Virus record (IMG/VR): IMGVR_UViG_3300031992_000052
Coordinates: 1 to 64,000 of that record
Direction: 5' to 3' (one strand)
DNA length: 64,000 nucleotides
Source of the DNA: a virus
Taxonomy: Duplodnaviria > Caudoviricetes
The notes under the pieces were generated by a model that worked only from the letters and a program-made list of their open reading frames with translations, was not told the DNA's origin and made no database searches. Position numbers and translations under genes: made by a program. Positions 18,907-28,072 of the stretch are shown here, piece after piece (positions within the stretch are counted from its first letter, which is position 1; the number at the start of each line of letters is the position of its first letter).

Positions 18907-18968
18907 CGTGAAGTATACTTCCCGCTCGCGGAAAGTATACTTGCCGCGCGGCGGAAGTATACTTCACG
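18907..18968. repeat. three AAGTATACTT palindromes at 22-bp period inside a larger inverted repeat
   Basis: Copies start at 18911, 18933, 18955; outer arms CGTGAAGTATACTTCC / GGAAGTATACTTCACG. Confidence 0.85.
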
Positions 18969-19020
18969 ATTTTGCCCTTTATAACGAACACGAATTAAAA
19001 CGAATTAAAACATTACGACT

Positions 19021-19641
19021 ATGGCAAAGAAATCATTCACCTACGGCGGCTACACATTCGAGCCGCGAGGATTGTTCGCAGACTTCGGACTGAACGACGA
19101 CATTCATGAAATCTGCTGCAAACTGAACAGCAGTAACTTCGGCTATGTAGCCGATGGCGACGAGCCTTATAACTATGACGACTTCTACAAGGCTGCGGGC
19201 GAGAAGGTTGACGACGTGTTCCTGTGTAAGGAGAACGGCATCTTGTACGTCCCATGTCAGTCATCGCTGCAGATTTTCACACCCGGCAAACATGAGCCAG
19301 GCAGTGTGTCAGCAGCATATCACCGTCGGCGTGCAGCCATCGAGGAAGCCAGGATCGAGCGCAAGCGTGAAGAACTGAGACACGTTATGACTCCCACGGA
19401 AGAGCAGAATCAGACTATCATCGCCCTGCGTCATGCCATTGACGAGTGTCGCAAGCAGGGGCTGGACTTCGCCGTGGATGGCACGGACCTGTATGTATTC
19501 CGTGCTGACCTGCTGGAGAATTTGACAAGCGACATGGCGCCTGCAGACGGGCAGGAAGGAATCGCCGACAACCTCTTCTCAGTCATTGACAACGCATGGG
19601 ATGTCTGCGAGGGGTTGTACGCTAATCCGAAAAAAGTATAA
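19021..19641 (+). CDS. hypothetical protein
   Basis: 206-aa ORF, ACGACTATG start. Confidence 0.75.
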   Translation: MAKKSFTYGGYTFEPRGLFADFGLNDDIHEICCKLNSSNFGYVADGDEPYNYDDFYKAAGEKVDDVFLCKENGILYVPCQSSLQIFTPGKHEPGSVSAAYHRRRAAIEEARIERKREELRHVMTPTEEQNQTIIALRHAIDECRKQGLDFAVDGTDLYVFRADLLENLTSDMAPADGQEGIADNLFSVIDNAWDVCEGLYANPKKV

Positions 19642-19692
19642 CGATTAAACGATACGACTACGAATTAAAACAAATTAAAACAAACAAGCAAT

Positions 19693-20847
19693 ATGACACA
19701 GCAAGACTACATCGAGAAAGTAAACGCTGCCAAGCAGCACAGTTATAACTACTACGTCCTCTCGGCCCCGACCATCAGTGACGCTGAGTTCGACGCAATC
19801 GTGGCCGACATCGAGCAGGCCGAGCAGGAGCACCCCGAATGGACGCTGCCCGACTCGCCGACGCAGACCGTGGGCAGCGACCTCTCCGCCAACGGACGGC
19901 GCACCATCCTGCACCGCACACCGATGCTCTCCTGCCAGAAGGCGCAGGACACAGCGAAGGTGACGGCCTGGCTCGGAAAGATGAAGAAGAAAGTTGGCGG
20001 CGGTCTCTCGGCTATGCCCACATGGATGCTCTCATGGAAGGCCGACGGCATCTCGTGCTCACTCGTCTATCAGGACGGGCGGCTTATCGAGGCCAGCACA
20101 CGAGGCGACGGCCCCACGGGACAGGACCTGATACAGCACGTCAGGCTGATGCACACCGTGCCGCAGACTATCAATGCCAGCGAAATGGCAGGGCGTGTGG
20201 AAGTGCGCGGCGAGATAGTATGCCCCAAGGCCAACCTACAAGGGCTCCGCGACCAGAACGGCAAACAGTATGCCGACTGCCGAAGCGCCGCCAGCAGTCT
20301 GTGCAACCAGGTGACACCGAGCGCTGACATGGCACGGCTGGAGTTCTGGGCGTGGGACTGCATCGGCGACGACCTGAGCATGAGGTGGCAGGACCACACA
20401 TGCGGCACGCTGCAGAGGATAGGCTTCAAGACCTGCTACCACGAGACTGACGACGGCACACACATAGAGGCCATACTACAGTTGATGGCCGAGAAGCGCG
20501 ACCTGCTGCTGATTCCCGTCGATGGCATCGTCATACGGCTGAACAGCAACAAACAGTTCATCGAGCAGGGCTTCACCGACCACCACCCCAAGGGTTCGAT
20601 AGCCTATAAGTTCCCGCCGCAGACCACCGTGACCACCGTGCGCCGCATCGAGATAACCGTGGGAGCCACAGGCCGCCGCACCCCCGTGGCCTGGTTCGAC
20701 CCCGTGACCATCCTGGGCCGCACCGTAGAGAAGGCCAGCCTGGGCAGCGAGGACACCATGCGCAAGCTCGGCGTCACCGAAGGCGCAAGGGTAGAGGTAG
20801 GACTGAGCAACGACGTGATACCGAAGGTGTATCGGGTGGTAGCGTAG
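19693..20847 (+). CDS. ligA: minimal NAD-dependent DNA ligase (Ia + adenylation + OB domains only)
   Basis: YYVLSAPTISDAEFD, KADG adenylation lysine, STRGDG, EVRGE, DGIV, IAYKF; ends at DVIPKV without Zn finger/HhH/BRCT. Confidence 0.88.
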   Translation: MTQQDYIEKVNAAKQHSYNYYVLSAPTISDAEFDAIVADIEQAEQEHPEWTLPDSPTQTVGSDLSANGRRTILHRTPMLSCQKAQDTAKVTAWLGKMKKKVGGGLSAMPTWMLSWKADGISCSLVYQDGRLIEASTRGDGPTGQDLIQHVRLMHTVPQTINASEMAGRVEVRGEIVCPKANLQGLRDQNGKQYADCRSAASSLCNQVTPSADMARLEFWAWDCIGDDLSMRWQDHTCGTLQRIGFKTCYHETDDGTHIEAILQLMAEKRDLLLIPVDGIVIRLNSNKQFIEQGFTDHHPKGSIAYKFPPQTTVTTVRRIEITVGATGRRTPVAWFDPVTILGRTVEKASLGSEDTMRKLGVTEGARVEVGLSNDVIPKVYRVVA

Positions 20848-20890
20848 AAACAACGAGAGTATTAACCCCAACAAAAACAATTCAAGCATT

Positions 20891-21583
20891 ATGAGCAAGA
20901 CAAAGAACCAGGTCATCGACCAACAGAACGAGAAGCAACAGGCCATCCAGTATCTTACCGACCTCGTGGCCACAGTGTCTAACTATTACCTGAAGGGCAG
21001 GATAAAGCCGGAGCCGCTACGCATCAGCGAGAGCCGCCTCACATCGGGGCAGATAGGCATCGACCTGTATAACTTCGGCACAAAGCCCGTGTGCGACGGA
21101 CTGAACTTCGTGCCTATTTACTTCGACGACGGCACGGACGAACAGGGCTTCGTGTTCGCCATGCACTACAACGCCGACGATCCCACGCCGCTCACCTTCC
21201 TCGTGGACTTCACCAACCTGCCCGAGGTACAGGTGGGACCCGAAAGCCTGCCTACCGACACGCTGCAGAACATAGCCCGCTGGCTGGAGCAGGCGGCGCA
21301 GAACAAGCAACAGTCCGATTCCGCCGCCGTGCAGCAGGCGAAGGACATCATCACCCTCTGGAGCGACTGGTGCATGGACTACGACGACGAAAACCTGTGG
21401 CTCGACTACATGGTGCGCCACCCCAAGGCCCACTGCAACCGCCAGCACCTGCAGCAGAAGTGGGACTACTGCTACGAGAAGTACGGCAACAAGGCCGCGA
21501 TGCAGATGTTCTGGCGCGAGCTCGACAACGACAACCGCGCCATCCTGACCGATTACATCACGACCGAGTGGCACAAAGATTAA
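20891..21583 (+). CDS. hypothetical protein
   Basis: 230-aa ORF. Confidence 0.75.
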   Translation: MSKTKNQVIDQQNEKQQAIQYLTDLVATVSNYYLKGRIKPEPLRISESRLTSGQIGIDLYNFGTKPVCDGLNFVPIYFDDGTDEQGFVFAMHYNADDPTPLTFLVDFTNLPEVQVGPESLPTDTLQNIARWLEQAAQNKQQSDSAAVQQAKDIITLWSDWCMDYDDENLWLDYMVRHPKAHCNRQHLQQKWDYCYEKYGNKAAMQMFWRELDNDNRAILTDYITTEWHKD

Positions 21584-21717
21584 GAAAAGTTTAACCCCTA
21601 AAAACAAGTAACGAATATGATTGAAAATTGGATAATGGGCTTCTTCGCATGGCTGTGGTTTGTGCAGTGGGCCTGCAAGAAGTAAGTATTAACCCCCGAA
21701 ATTAAAACATCACGACT

Positions 21718-21939
21718 ATGACAGACGACAGGATGATGGAAAAGGCGTGCGGTTGCATCGACTGCTTCGCCTATGGAGGATATGACGTGAGACTGCAGAA
21801 ATACAGTTCACCAGTATCAGCAGACAGGAAACTGCACAGAAAGCGGTGGTATCTCTACCAGCGCGGCAAGTATGTGGGCCAATCGTTCAAGACCGACAAG
21901 GAAGCGATGGCATGGATAGACAGTAACGAGAACAATTAA
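21718..21939 (+). CDS. hypothetical protein
   Basis: 73-aa ORF, ACGACTATG start. Confidence 0.65.
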   Translation: MTDDRMMEKACGCIDCFAYGGYDVRLQKYSSPVSADRKLHRKRWYLYQRGKYVGQSFKTDKEAMAWIDSNENN

Positions 21940-21951
21940 AACGTCACGACT

Positions 21952-22284
21952 ATGGCAAAGAAAAGCGAAGCTGCTGCATTGCTGCAGCACTACAAGGAGC
22001 GGCGTGAACGTCTGCGTGCCGTCGGCAGTCCATGGGTGGACGCTCCTCTGAAGAATGCGAATGGCGCATTTAACATCCCAACAACCGACGAGTCCCTGTA
22101 TTGGGACTATGTGGCTGGCGTTATTGATTTGAACAAGGCGGCTTGTGAGTTTCATCGGTGCGGATGGGATAACTTCATCGACGAGAAAGCGACTATGGAA
22201 CGCTTTCAGGAATTAGACAAGAAATATCACAAACTTGGTTGTGAAACTGGCTTCACAACCATCTACAAATCCAAAAACAAGTAA
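21952..22284 (+). CDS. hypothetical protein
   Basis: 110-aa ORF, ACGACTATG start. Confidence 0.7.
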   Translation: MAKKSEAAALLQHYKERRERLRAVGSPWVDAPLKNANGAFNIPTTDESLYWDYVAGVIDLNKAACEFHRCGWDNFIDEKATMERFQELDKKYHKLGCETGFTTIYKSKNK

Positions 22285-22290
22285 GCGACT

Positions 22291-22452
22291 ATGACTCAAG
22301 AAGAAATCGACATGCTGAAGCGTGCGATAGAGACGCACATCAGCGCACTGTATCGTAGCGAGGATGCCTATGCCAAGAACGGCAACATGGAGGCCGTAAA
22401 AGATTGCCTCGCTGAAATCAAGAAGTATCAGTCATTAAAACAGAAACTCTAA
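22291..22452 (+). CDS. small hypothetical protein (53 aa)
   Basis: GCGACTATG start, fills gap in gene run. Confidence 0.5.
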   Translation: MTQEEIDMLKRAIETHISALYRSEDAYAKNGNMEAVKDCLAEIKKYQSLKQKL

Positions 22453-22643
22453 AACAAGTAAACGACTATGGGAATCGAACTTACCCCCGAAGAAGCGCAG
22501 GCCCTGAAGAGCACCCTGCACGCAGTGACCCACTCCTGGCGCCGCTACCCCGGCATGAACACCGGCAGCAGTCAGGTGCATAACCTCTACTGGAGCGACA
22601 TCGAAACACTAATGGCTATTCACGACAAATTCCCCGTAGAACT

Positions 22644-22994
22644 ATGAACAATTACGGATTCAAGAAGACTATTCAGGACCTGAGCGGACAGAAGTACGGA
22701 CGCTGGACGGTCGTAAAGCTGGCGCGGCGCGACAAGAACCGCAACGCCATCTGGCTCTGCCGCTGCGAGTGTGGTACGGAGCGTGAGATAGACGGCTATG
22801 CCCTACGACACGGCAGGACCAAGGGCTGCACACACTGCGCCCACCGGAAAGACGGCGTAGGCCACCCCATCGACATCTGCGTGACGCTCGGCAAGGTGAT
22901 ATTCTCCGTAGAGAAACTGATTCGCAGGGGCATACCGCTCGATGACGTGTTGCTGCGGCTGAAGGAAGAACAGCAAAAGGACGAAGCCCTATGA
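22644..22994 (+). CDS. Zn-binding domain of the type found N-terminal in HNH/AP2 homing endonucleases; no nuclease domain
   Basis: DLSGQKYGRWTVV...WLCRCECG...LRHGRTKGCTHC. Confidence 0.65.
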   Translation: MNNYGFKKTIQDLSGQKYGRWTVVKLARRDKNRNAIWLCRCECGTEREIDGYALRHGRTKGCTHCAHRKDGVGHPIDICVTLGKVIFSVEKLIRRGIPLDDVLLRLKEEQQKDEAL

Positions 22995-23171
22995 CCGAGA
23001 ATGTCTATCCCCTCACCCTCACCGCACCCGACGGCAGGGAACTGCGCACGCTGGCATGGTTCCCGACCGAGGAGTGCCGCCGAGACTTCTACGAGAAAGC
23101 CGCCCGGCGCGGCCTGACCGTGAAAGAGAATAATTCTTGCTAATTCCTGCAAGACTTTCAAGAATTTATAT

Positions 23172-23179
23172 TAACTTTG
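23172..23179 (+). promoter_or_regulatory. Bacteroidetes -7 promoter element
   Basis: TAACTTTG in AT-rich intergenic region upstream of 23260. Confidence 0.6.
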
Positions 23180-23259
23180 CAACCGAAAGTTGCTACAACG
23201 AACATTTTAAACGCTGCGCCAGATAGCAAAGCAAGTCCCAAGGGCATGGGTAAGAGATT

Positions 23260-24291
23260 ATGAAAACTTTTAATACCGAGAATGTATTCAAGAGTATCTA
23301 CAACAAGCAAGAGATTCGCTATTGCGAATACCAAGGTTGGGCATTAACCACCGAAGCTGGCAGAAGCATTCGCATCTATGTAAAAGATGAAGGGCACTAT
23401 GAGTATCCCTTAGAAAAGAAGGACATCTTTGTCAAAGAGACCAAGAAGCGCGCTTCTTACCTTCGCAAGAAAATCAACGATGAGTTCGCAAAACGTGGTA
23501 GTGACAGTTGGTACCGCAAGTATTACCAAGACGAGCTGACGCTCGACGCATGGTATGAGAAGAAACTGAAGGAGGACAGGAAGAAGGCACTGCTTGACCG
23601 CGATGAGAAGAAAATCGAGGCCATGGTCAAGAAGAACGTCAAGAAGTATTGGGATCATCCATTCCATATTCTGCGAACAGGCTCTCATACCGGCACTCAC
23701 ACTATGGCATACGGGAAAGAGAACAGCGTCGTATGCAGTGAGACAAACGACTGGAAAGGCTATAGCAGAAGCACTAAATTCCCGATGGTAGTCCGTTCGC
23801 TACACCTCACCATACGTCGCGGTTATAGTCTGTTTGTCATCGGTGGCCTGATTACCTTTGTCAAGGGTGACAGAATAGACCGCCGGGGAATGGCTTGCGA
23901 ATGGATTGAACAGGGCAAGGCCATTGCCGACATCCGCACCGTGAAAGGCTACCTGGTACGTGGTGAGCACATCGAAGCCAAGAGCCTGAAAGAGGCGCAG
24001 GAGGTCAGTGCCGAGCGTCGCACGCTGTTGCTTGCACAGGCCGTCGCGGAGCACAAGAAACTGCGCATCCGCAATCAGCAGAAAGCCGACGGCACGCTGA
24101 TGATTACCTTCGAGGACTCGTTGAAGTCTGGCAACTGCCGCCCGGGAACCGCGAGCTTCAAGCACAAGTATGAGGAAGCCATTGGACACGAGGCTACGAG
24201 CATCAGTATCGACGACCTCCGTAAGTATGCCAAGCAGTTCGGGGTTGAATACTATGCAGAGAGAGCTATCAGATATGCACTTAGTCATTAA
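23260..24291 (+). CDS. hypothetical protein
   Basis: 343-aa ORF. Confidence 0.8.
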   Translation: MKTFNTENVFKSIYNKQEIRYCEYQGWALTTEAGRSIRIYVKDEGHYEYPLEKKDIFVKETKKRASYLRKKINDEFAKRGSDSWYRKYYQDELTLDAWYEKKLKEDRKKALLDRDEKKIEAMVKKNVKKYWDHPFHILRTGSHTGTHTMAYGKENSVVCSETNDWKGYSRSTKFPMVVRSLHLTIRRGYSLFVIGGLITFVKGDRIDRRGMACEWIEQGKAIADIRTVKGYLVRGEHIEAKSLKEAQEVSAERRTLLLAQAVAEHKKLRIRNQQKADGTLMITFEDSLKSGNCRPGTASFKHKYEEAIGHEATSISIDDLRKYAKQFGVEYYAERAIRYALSH

Positions 24292-24296
24292 ACATT

Positions 24297-24518
24297 ATGA
24301 AAGTTTTACAGCTGTCAAAAGTCGCACAGGCATATTACGAGGGGCTTCGCGCCCCCAGCCTGGCGCAAGGGTGGGATAAGTATGTCGCCACCGACGGGGA
24401 GCAGTGTCTCTTCGTAAAGAGTGACTACGAGCCTAAAGAGGGAGAGGCTGTGTTCTTCCTCACAGTGAGAAACAGGAACGTGGCCTGCACGCTCCACAAA
24501 TCAAACGTCAATGAGTAA
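24297..24518 (+). CDS. hypothetical protein
   Basis: 73-aa ORF. Confidence 0.6.
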   Translation: MKVLQLSKVAQAYYEGLRAPSLAQGWDKYVATDGEQCLFVKSDYEPKEGEAVFFLTVRNRNVACTLHKSNVNE

Positions 24519-25137
24519 AGAGCGATTTACGGTCACGCCGTCAGAACACTCCATGTGGACGGTCAGTGACAGCGAAAGCGGATTCAGCATCAAGTTCCGC
24601 GAAGGTATGTTCAACGAGACACAGGAAGTAAAGACCCCCGACACGCTACCCAAGGACGTTGACCCTGCAACGTGGGCAGCAAAAGCAATGTCGGCCATTG
24701 GTGACTACATGGCACTGGAACATCCGTTGCTGGTCAGCTGTGACATCTACGCCCGGCGCTCAGCCTTGTGGCAACTGTCTCACGAAAGCTGGTGGGTGAC
24801 GCTCGTCGCCGCATGCAACGGACTGCTGATAGACCCGGAGGCGGGAGACCTTACGGATAATCTCTTCGACGAGCTTGACGATTTCTTCAACCTGTCAGGC
24901 GAGAATCCTGCCGACCTGGAAGAGAACGAGAAGCAGAACCTACTCGGCATGGTGTCGCTGCTCGACGAGGACGAAGCCCGCGAGGTGTTCGGCATCATCC
25001 ACACCTACTGGAATGAATACCACGATGCTCACTATGACATCGAGAAATGGGCACGCGACTTGCTGTGGTGGCCATGCTGGGCCAATCCTGTCATCGACAA
25101 GATGGAGGAAAAAGCCGAGGACGACGAAGACGCATGA
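24511..25137 (+). CDS. hypothetical protein
   Basis: 208-aa ORF overlapping previous stop. Confidence 0.75.
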   Translation: MSKERFTVTPSEHSMWTVSDSESGFSIKFREGMFNETQEVKTPDTLPKDVDPATWAAKAMSAIGDYMALEHPLLVSCDIYARRSALWQLSHESWWVTLVAACNGLLIDPEAGDLTDNLFDELDDFFNLSGENPADLEENEKQNLLGMVSLLDEDEAREVFGIIHTYWNEYHDAHYDIEKWARDLLWWPCWANPVIDKMEEKAEDDEDA

Positions 25138-25329
25138 AGTACACCTTCCTGACAGACCTTTATCCCGACTGCCCGATGTTCGAGGATAAGGACTTTGACA
25201 GCGACGAGCAGGCACTGGCACACGCCCGTGACCTGTTCGCCCATTGTAACGCCCCGAGCATCACCGTCATCGACGAAGGCGGGAACAAAATCGGGGAGAT
25301 AAATTGAGAAACTAAAAGCGAAAAGAACT

Positions 25330-25554
25330 ATGACTACCGACTTTACGCCCCACAGCCCGCAGGCGGGCTACACGGTAACGATCAAGCTGACGGGCACGAG
25401 GGAAGAACTCTCGGCCCTGTACGACCTGCTGCAACAGGCAGAACCCTCTGACGACCGCGAGCGACGCATCAAGGACGACGTGCTCAATGAACTCCGCTCC
25501 GCCCACGGCTGGCTCACAGACATGGAGGACATTGCCCGACGCACGGGCGAGTAA
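25330..25554 (+). CDS. hypothetical protein
   Basis: 74-aa ORF, GAACTATG start. Confidence 0.6.
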   Translation: MTTDFTPHSPQAGYTVTIKLTGTREELSALYDLLQQAEPSDDRERRIKDDVLNELRSAHGWLTDMEDIARRTGE

Positions 25555-25597
25555 TCTCTCATCAACCGAGTATTAACAATCAAAACAAGCAACAAAT

Positions 25598-26461
25598 ATG
25601 GCATTTAAGAATTTCACAGTAAACGGCCAGTCGATGGAAGACTGGATTAAGCAACAACAGGAGAAGAACGGCGTGCTCACCATCCGCCAGGCCACGCAGC
25701 GCAACGAGTGGGGCACGACCGTGCTGAAAGGCAGTATCACCACACTGAGCGAAGATCAGGACGCGGAGTTCCTGAACGCCGACATGGACATCCGCATCGA
25801 CGGCAAGCTCTATACGATGAAGGGCCGCCGCGTGGAGCGCAAGAACGGCATCTGGTACGTGGACGGCAAGCGGCAGGAGTTTCCTGCCGACGAAGGCAAG
25901 GCTACCACCAAGGCCCACGAAGACCTACAGCAGGAAATCAGCGAGGCCATGAGCGCAGCCTTCGGCGGCGGCATCGCAAATATCAACGGCAGGGTAGGGC
26001 AGAGTCACATCCATAGCGGCGAGCACGTGGTGAAGACCACCGTACGGAATGAGTTCTCTGGTGGCACCGTCATCAAGCAAGGCCGCAATATCTCCATGCC
26101 CAACGGCGGCACGGTAAAGATAAACCGTGGCGGCAAGCAGTACACCATCAGCGGCAAGAGCCTGGAGCGGCGCGACGGCGTGTGGTACTGCGACGGCAAG
26201 CCCGTCAGCGACAGCGACACCGGCGGCGCATACGACGACCTCGACGTGGTGAAGCTGGAGATACATGGCAACGTGGAACAGCTCTCCACCGTGAGTGGCG
26301 ACGTAAGCGTATCGGGCGACGTGGGCAATATCTCAACCGCCTCGGGCGACATCCGCTGCCAGACCGTGCGCGGCTCCGTATCGACCGCCAGTGGCGACGT
26401 GCATTGCGGCAGCATCGGCGGCTCGGTATCCACAATGAGCGGCGACATCTACGAGCGATAG
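25598..26461 (+). CDS. DUF4097-like beta-repeat protein with duplicated N-terminal module
   Basis: Repeats STVSGDV/STASGDI/STASGDV/STMSGDI; duplicated KLYTMKG..VERKNGIWYVDGK / KQYTISG..LERRDGVWYCDGK. Confidence 0.65.
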   Translation: MAFKNFTVNGQSMEDWIKQQQEKNGVLTIRQATQRNEWGTTVLKGSITTLSEDQDAEFLNADMDIRIDGKLYTMKGRRVERKNGIWYVDGKRQEFPADEGKATTKAHEDLQQEISEAMSAAFGGGIANINGRVGQSHIHSGEHVVKTTVRNEFSGGTVIKQGRNISMPNGGTVKINRGGKQYTISGKSLERRDGVWYCDGKPVSDSDTGGAYDDLDVVKLEIHGNVEQLSTVSGDVSVSGDVGNISTASGDIRCQTVRGSVSTASGDVHCGSIGGSVSTMSGDIYER

Positions 26462-26502
26462 TCGCCGCGATACTACGCACACATTATATATATATATTAT
26501 AC

Positions 26503-26530
26503 GCCGCTCCCCGCAAAGGAGCGGCTTTTC
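26503..26530 (+). terminator. Rho-independent terminator
   Basis: GCCGCTCC-CCGCAAA-GGAGCGGC followed by TTTT. Confidence 0.7.
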
Positions 26531-26572
26531 TATTTCCCAATCATCAACAAACTTAAAACCCAAAGCAAAACT

Positions 26573-27445
26573 ATGAAGAAGTATTTTGCCCTGCTGTCGT
26601 GTGCTCTGATGGCCATGACGGCCTGTGAAAACAACGCCCTCGAAACAGAGAGCACAGTGATGAACAACGTCACCGTGAACGATCCGCAGGAGGTGACGCT
26701 CACCTTCTCGCCCTACGAGCAGGAGGCCATGACCCGTGCCGGAGGTGACCCCACCAGCATCGCCACCATCGCCACCCGCCTTGATGTCTGGCTCTACCAG
26801 GACGGCCAGGAGGTGCAGGCCGTCCACCAGACCAGCACCGACCCGGACTTCGGCTCCCTCACCGTCACCCTCGACAAGCGAAAGACCTACACGCTCTATG
26901 CCTGCGCTCATAAAGACACCGGCGCGGCTACCCTGCAGGGCGGTATCATCACCTGGCCGGGCGCGAAGATGACCCACTCGATGTTCTACACGCAGACGTT
27001 CACGCCAGCCGAGACCACGACGCTCTCGTGCCTCATGCAGCGAATTGTGGCCCAGTTCCGACTGGAAACCACCGATGCCGTGCCAACAGAGGCCGACAGG
27101 ATCACCATCGCCGTGGACCAGGCTCCCGCCGCATGGAACGTCGCCGGCTACGGCATGAACCCCCGTGATTACACCGCCACCTACCAGGGTTACAACCTGA
27201 ATCAGGACGGCAGCGTGACCCTCTCCGCCTTCGTCATCGCCGACCCCGACGAGTCTGTGCTCCACACCGTCACCGTCACCGCCTATGACACCGACGGCCA
27301 GCCCCTCCAGCAGCGCACCTTCGAGGATGTGCCCCTGCGCAACGGTTACAGGACTGTCTATCGCGGTGCTTTCTTTACCGACACTTCCTTCACGTCCACG
27401 TTCACCGTCAGCGACTGGCAGGAGTTCGATACCGTGGAGTTCTGA
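26573..27445 (+). CDS. FimB/Mfa2-like (type V pilin) lipoprotein
   Basis: Lipobox AMTAC, TRA processing motif, C-terminal VPLRNGYRTVYRGAFF...DW strand. Confidence 0.7.
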   Translation: MKKYFALLSCALMAMTACENNALETESTVMNNVTVNDPQEVTLTFSPYEQEAMTRAGGDPTSIATIATRLDVWLYQDGQEVQAVHQTSTDPDFGSLTVTLDKRKTYTLYACAHKDTGAATLQGGIITWPGAKMTHSMFYTQTFTPAETTTLSCLMQRIVAQFRLETTDAVPTEADRITIAVDQAPAAWNVAGYGMNPRDYTATYQGYNLNQDGSVTLSAFVIADPDESVLHTVTVTAYDTDGQPLQQRTFEDVPLRNGYRTVYRGAFFTDTSFTSTFTVSDWQEFDTVEF

Positions 27446-27582
27446 TGACTTCTGAGCACCCTGACGGGTGGAAATTGTTCAAATTTAATTCAAATTATTA
27501 GAACTTTTCCATCCGCAGGGTTGAATAATTTGAGAATAATTTGAATAATTTCCCGTCGTAAGACGGTTTAAAACACCCAACT

Positions 27583-28005
27583 ATGGATTTGATAAAAGAA
27601 TACAACCAGCGGTATCAGTTCTTTGCCGACATCACTGGCGAAGCCATGCGCGTACACCGCAAGTTCAAGCCAGGACTGGTGGAAAGTGCCTACGAGGCCG
27701 CTCTAAAATACCTGCTGGAACTGAAAGGAGTACAGGTGGAGCGGCAGGTGTACCTCCCAATATTCTGGGACGACGTTCAGTTAGATCAGTCGTACCGTAT
27801 GGACTTGATGATTGGCGGCAACATCATCTGTGAGTTGAAAGCTGTATCGCATGTTGAAACCTGTCATCGTAGACAACTGTTTAACTACATGAATCTGACG
27901 CATCAGCCATACGGCATGATTATCAATTTCGGTGCGCCGAGTCTCTACGCAGAGTGGTTTCATCGGCATAACGATGGGCGCATCGAAAAGGTAAAACTTC
28001 TCTGA
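27583..28005 (+). CDS. GxxExxY (PD-(D/E)XK-like) protein
   Basis: AMRVHRKFKPGLVESAYEAAL, RMDL, ICELKAV, QLFNYM, IINFG. Confidence 0.88.
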   Translation: MDLIKEYNQRYQFFADITGEAMRVHRKFKPGLVESAYEAALKYLLELKGVQVERQVYLPIFWDDVQLDQSYRMDLMIGGNIICELKAVSHVETCHRRQLFNYMNLTHQPYGMIINFGAPSLYAEWFHRHNDGRIEKVKLL

Positions 28006-28072
28006 TATTTAATAATTTGAACAAAATTTGATTAATTTCCCGTCGTAAGACGGCTAAACACCCAAAGAAACA

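Noticed and set aside
18907-18968. 22-bp periodic repeat as a CRISPR array
   Set aside because: 10-nt repeats and 12-nt spacers are far too short
22644-22994. Active homing endonuclease
   Set aside because: No HNH or other catalytic domain follows the Zn-binding segment
12588-23246. CAAGTCCC..AAGGGC motif upstream of genes 12614 and 23260, resembling the stem of the I-C-like repeat
   Set aside because: Two short copies only, without the GTGGATTGAAAC handle; insufficient support
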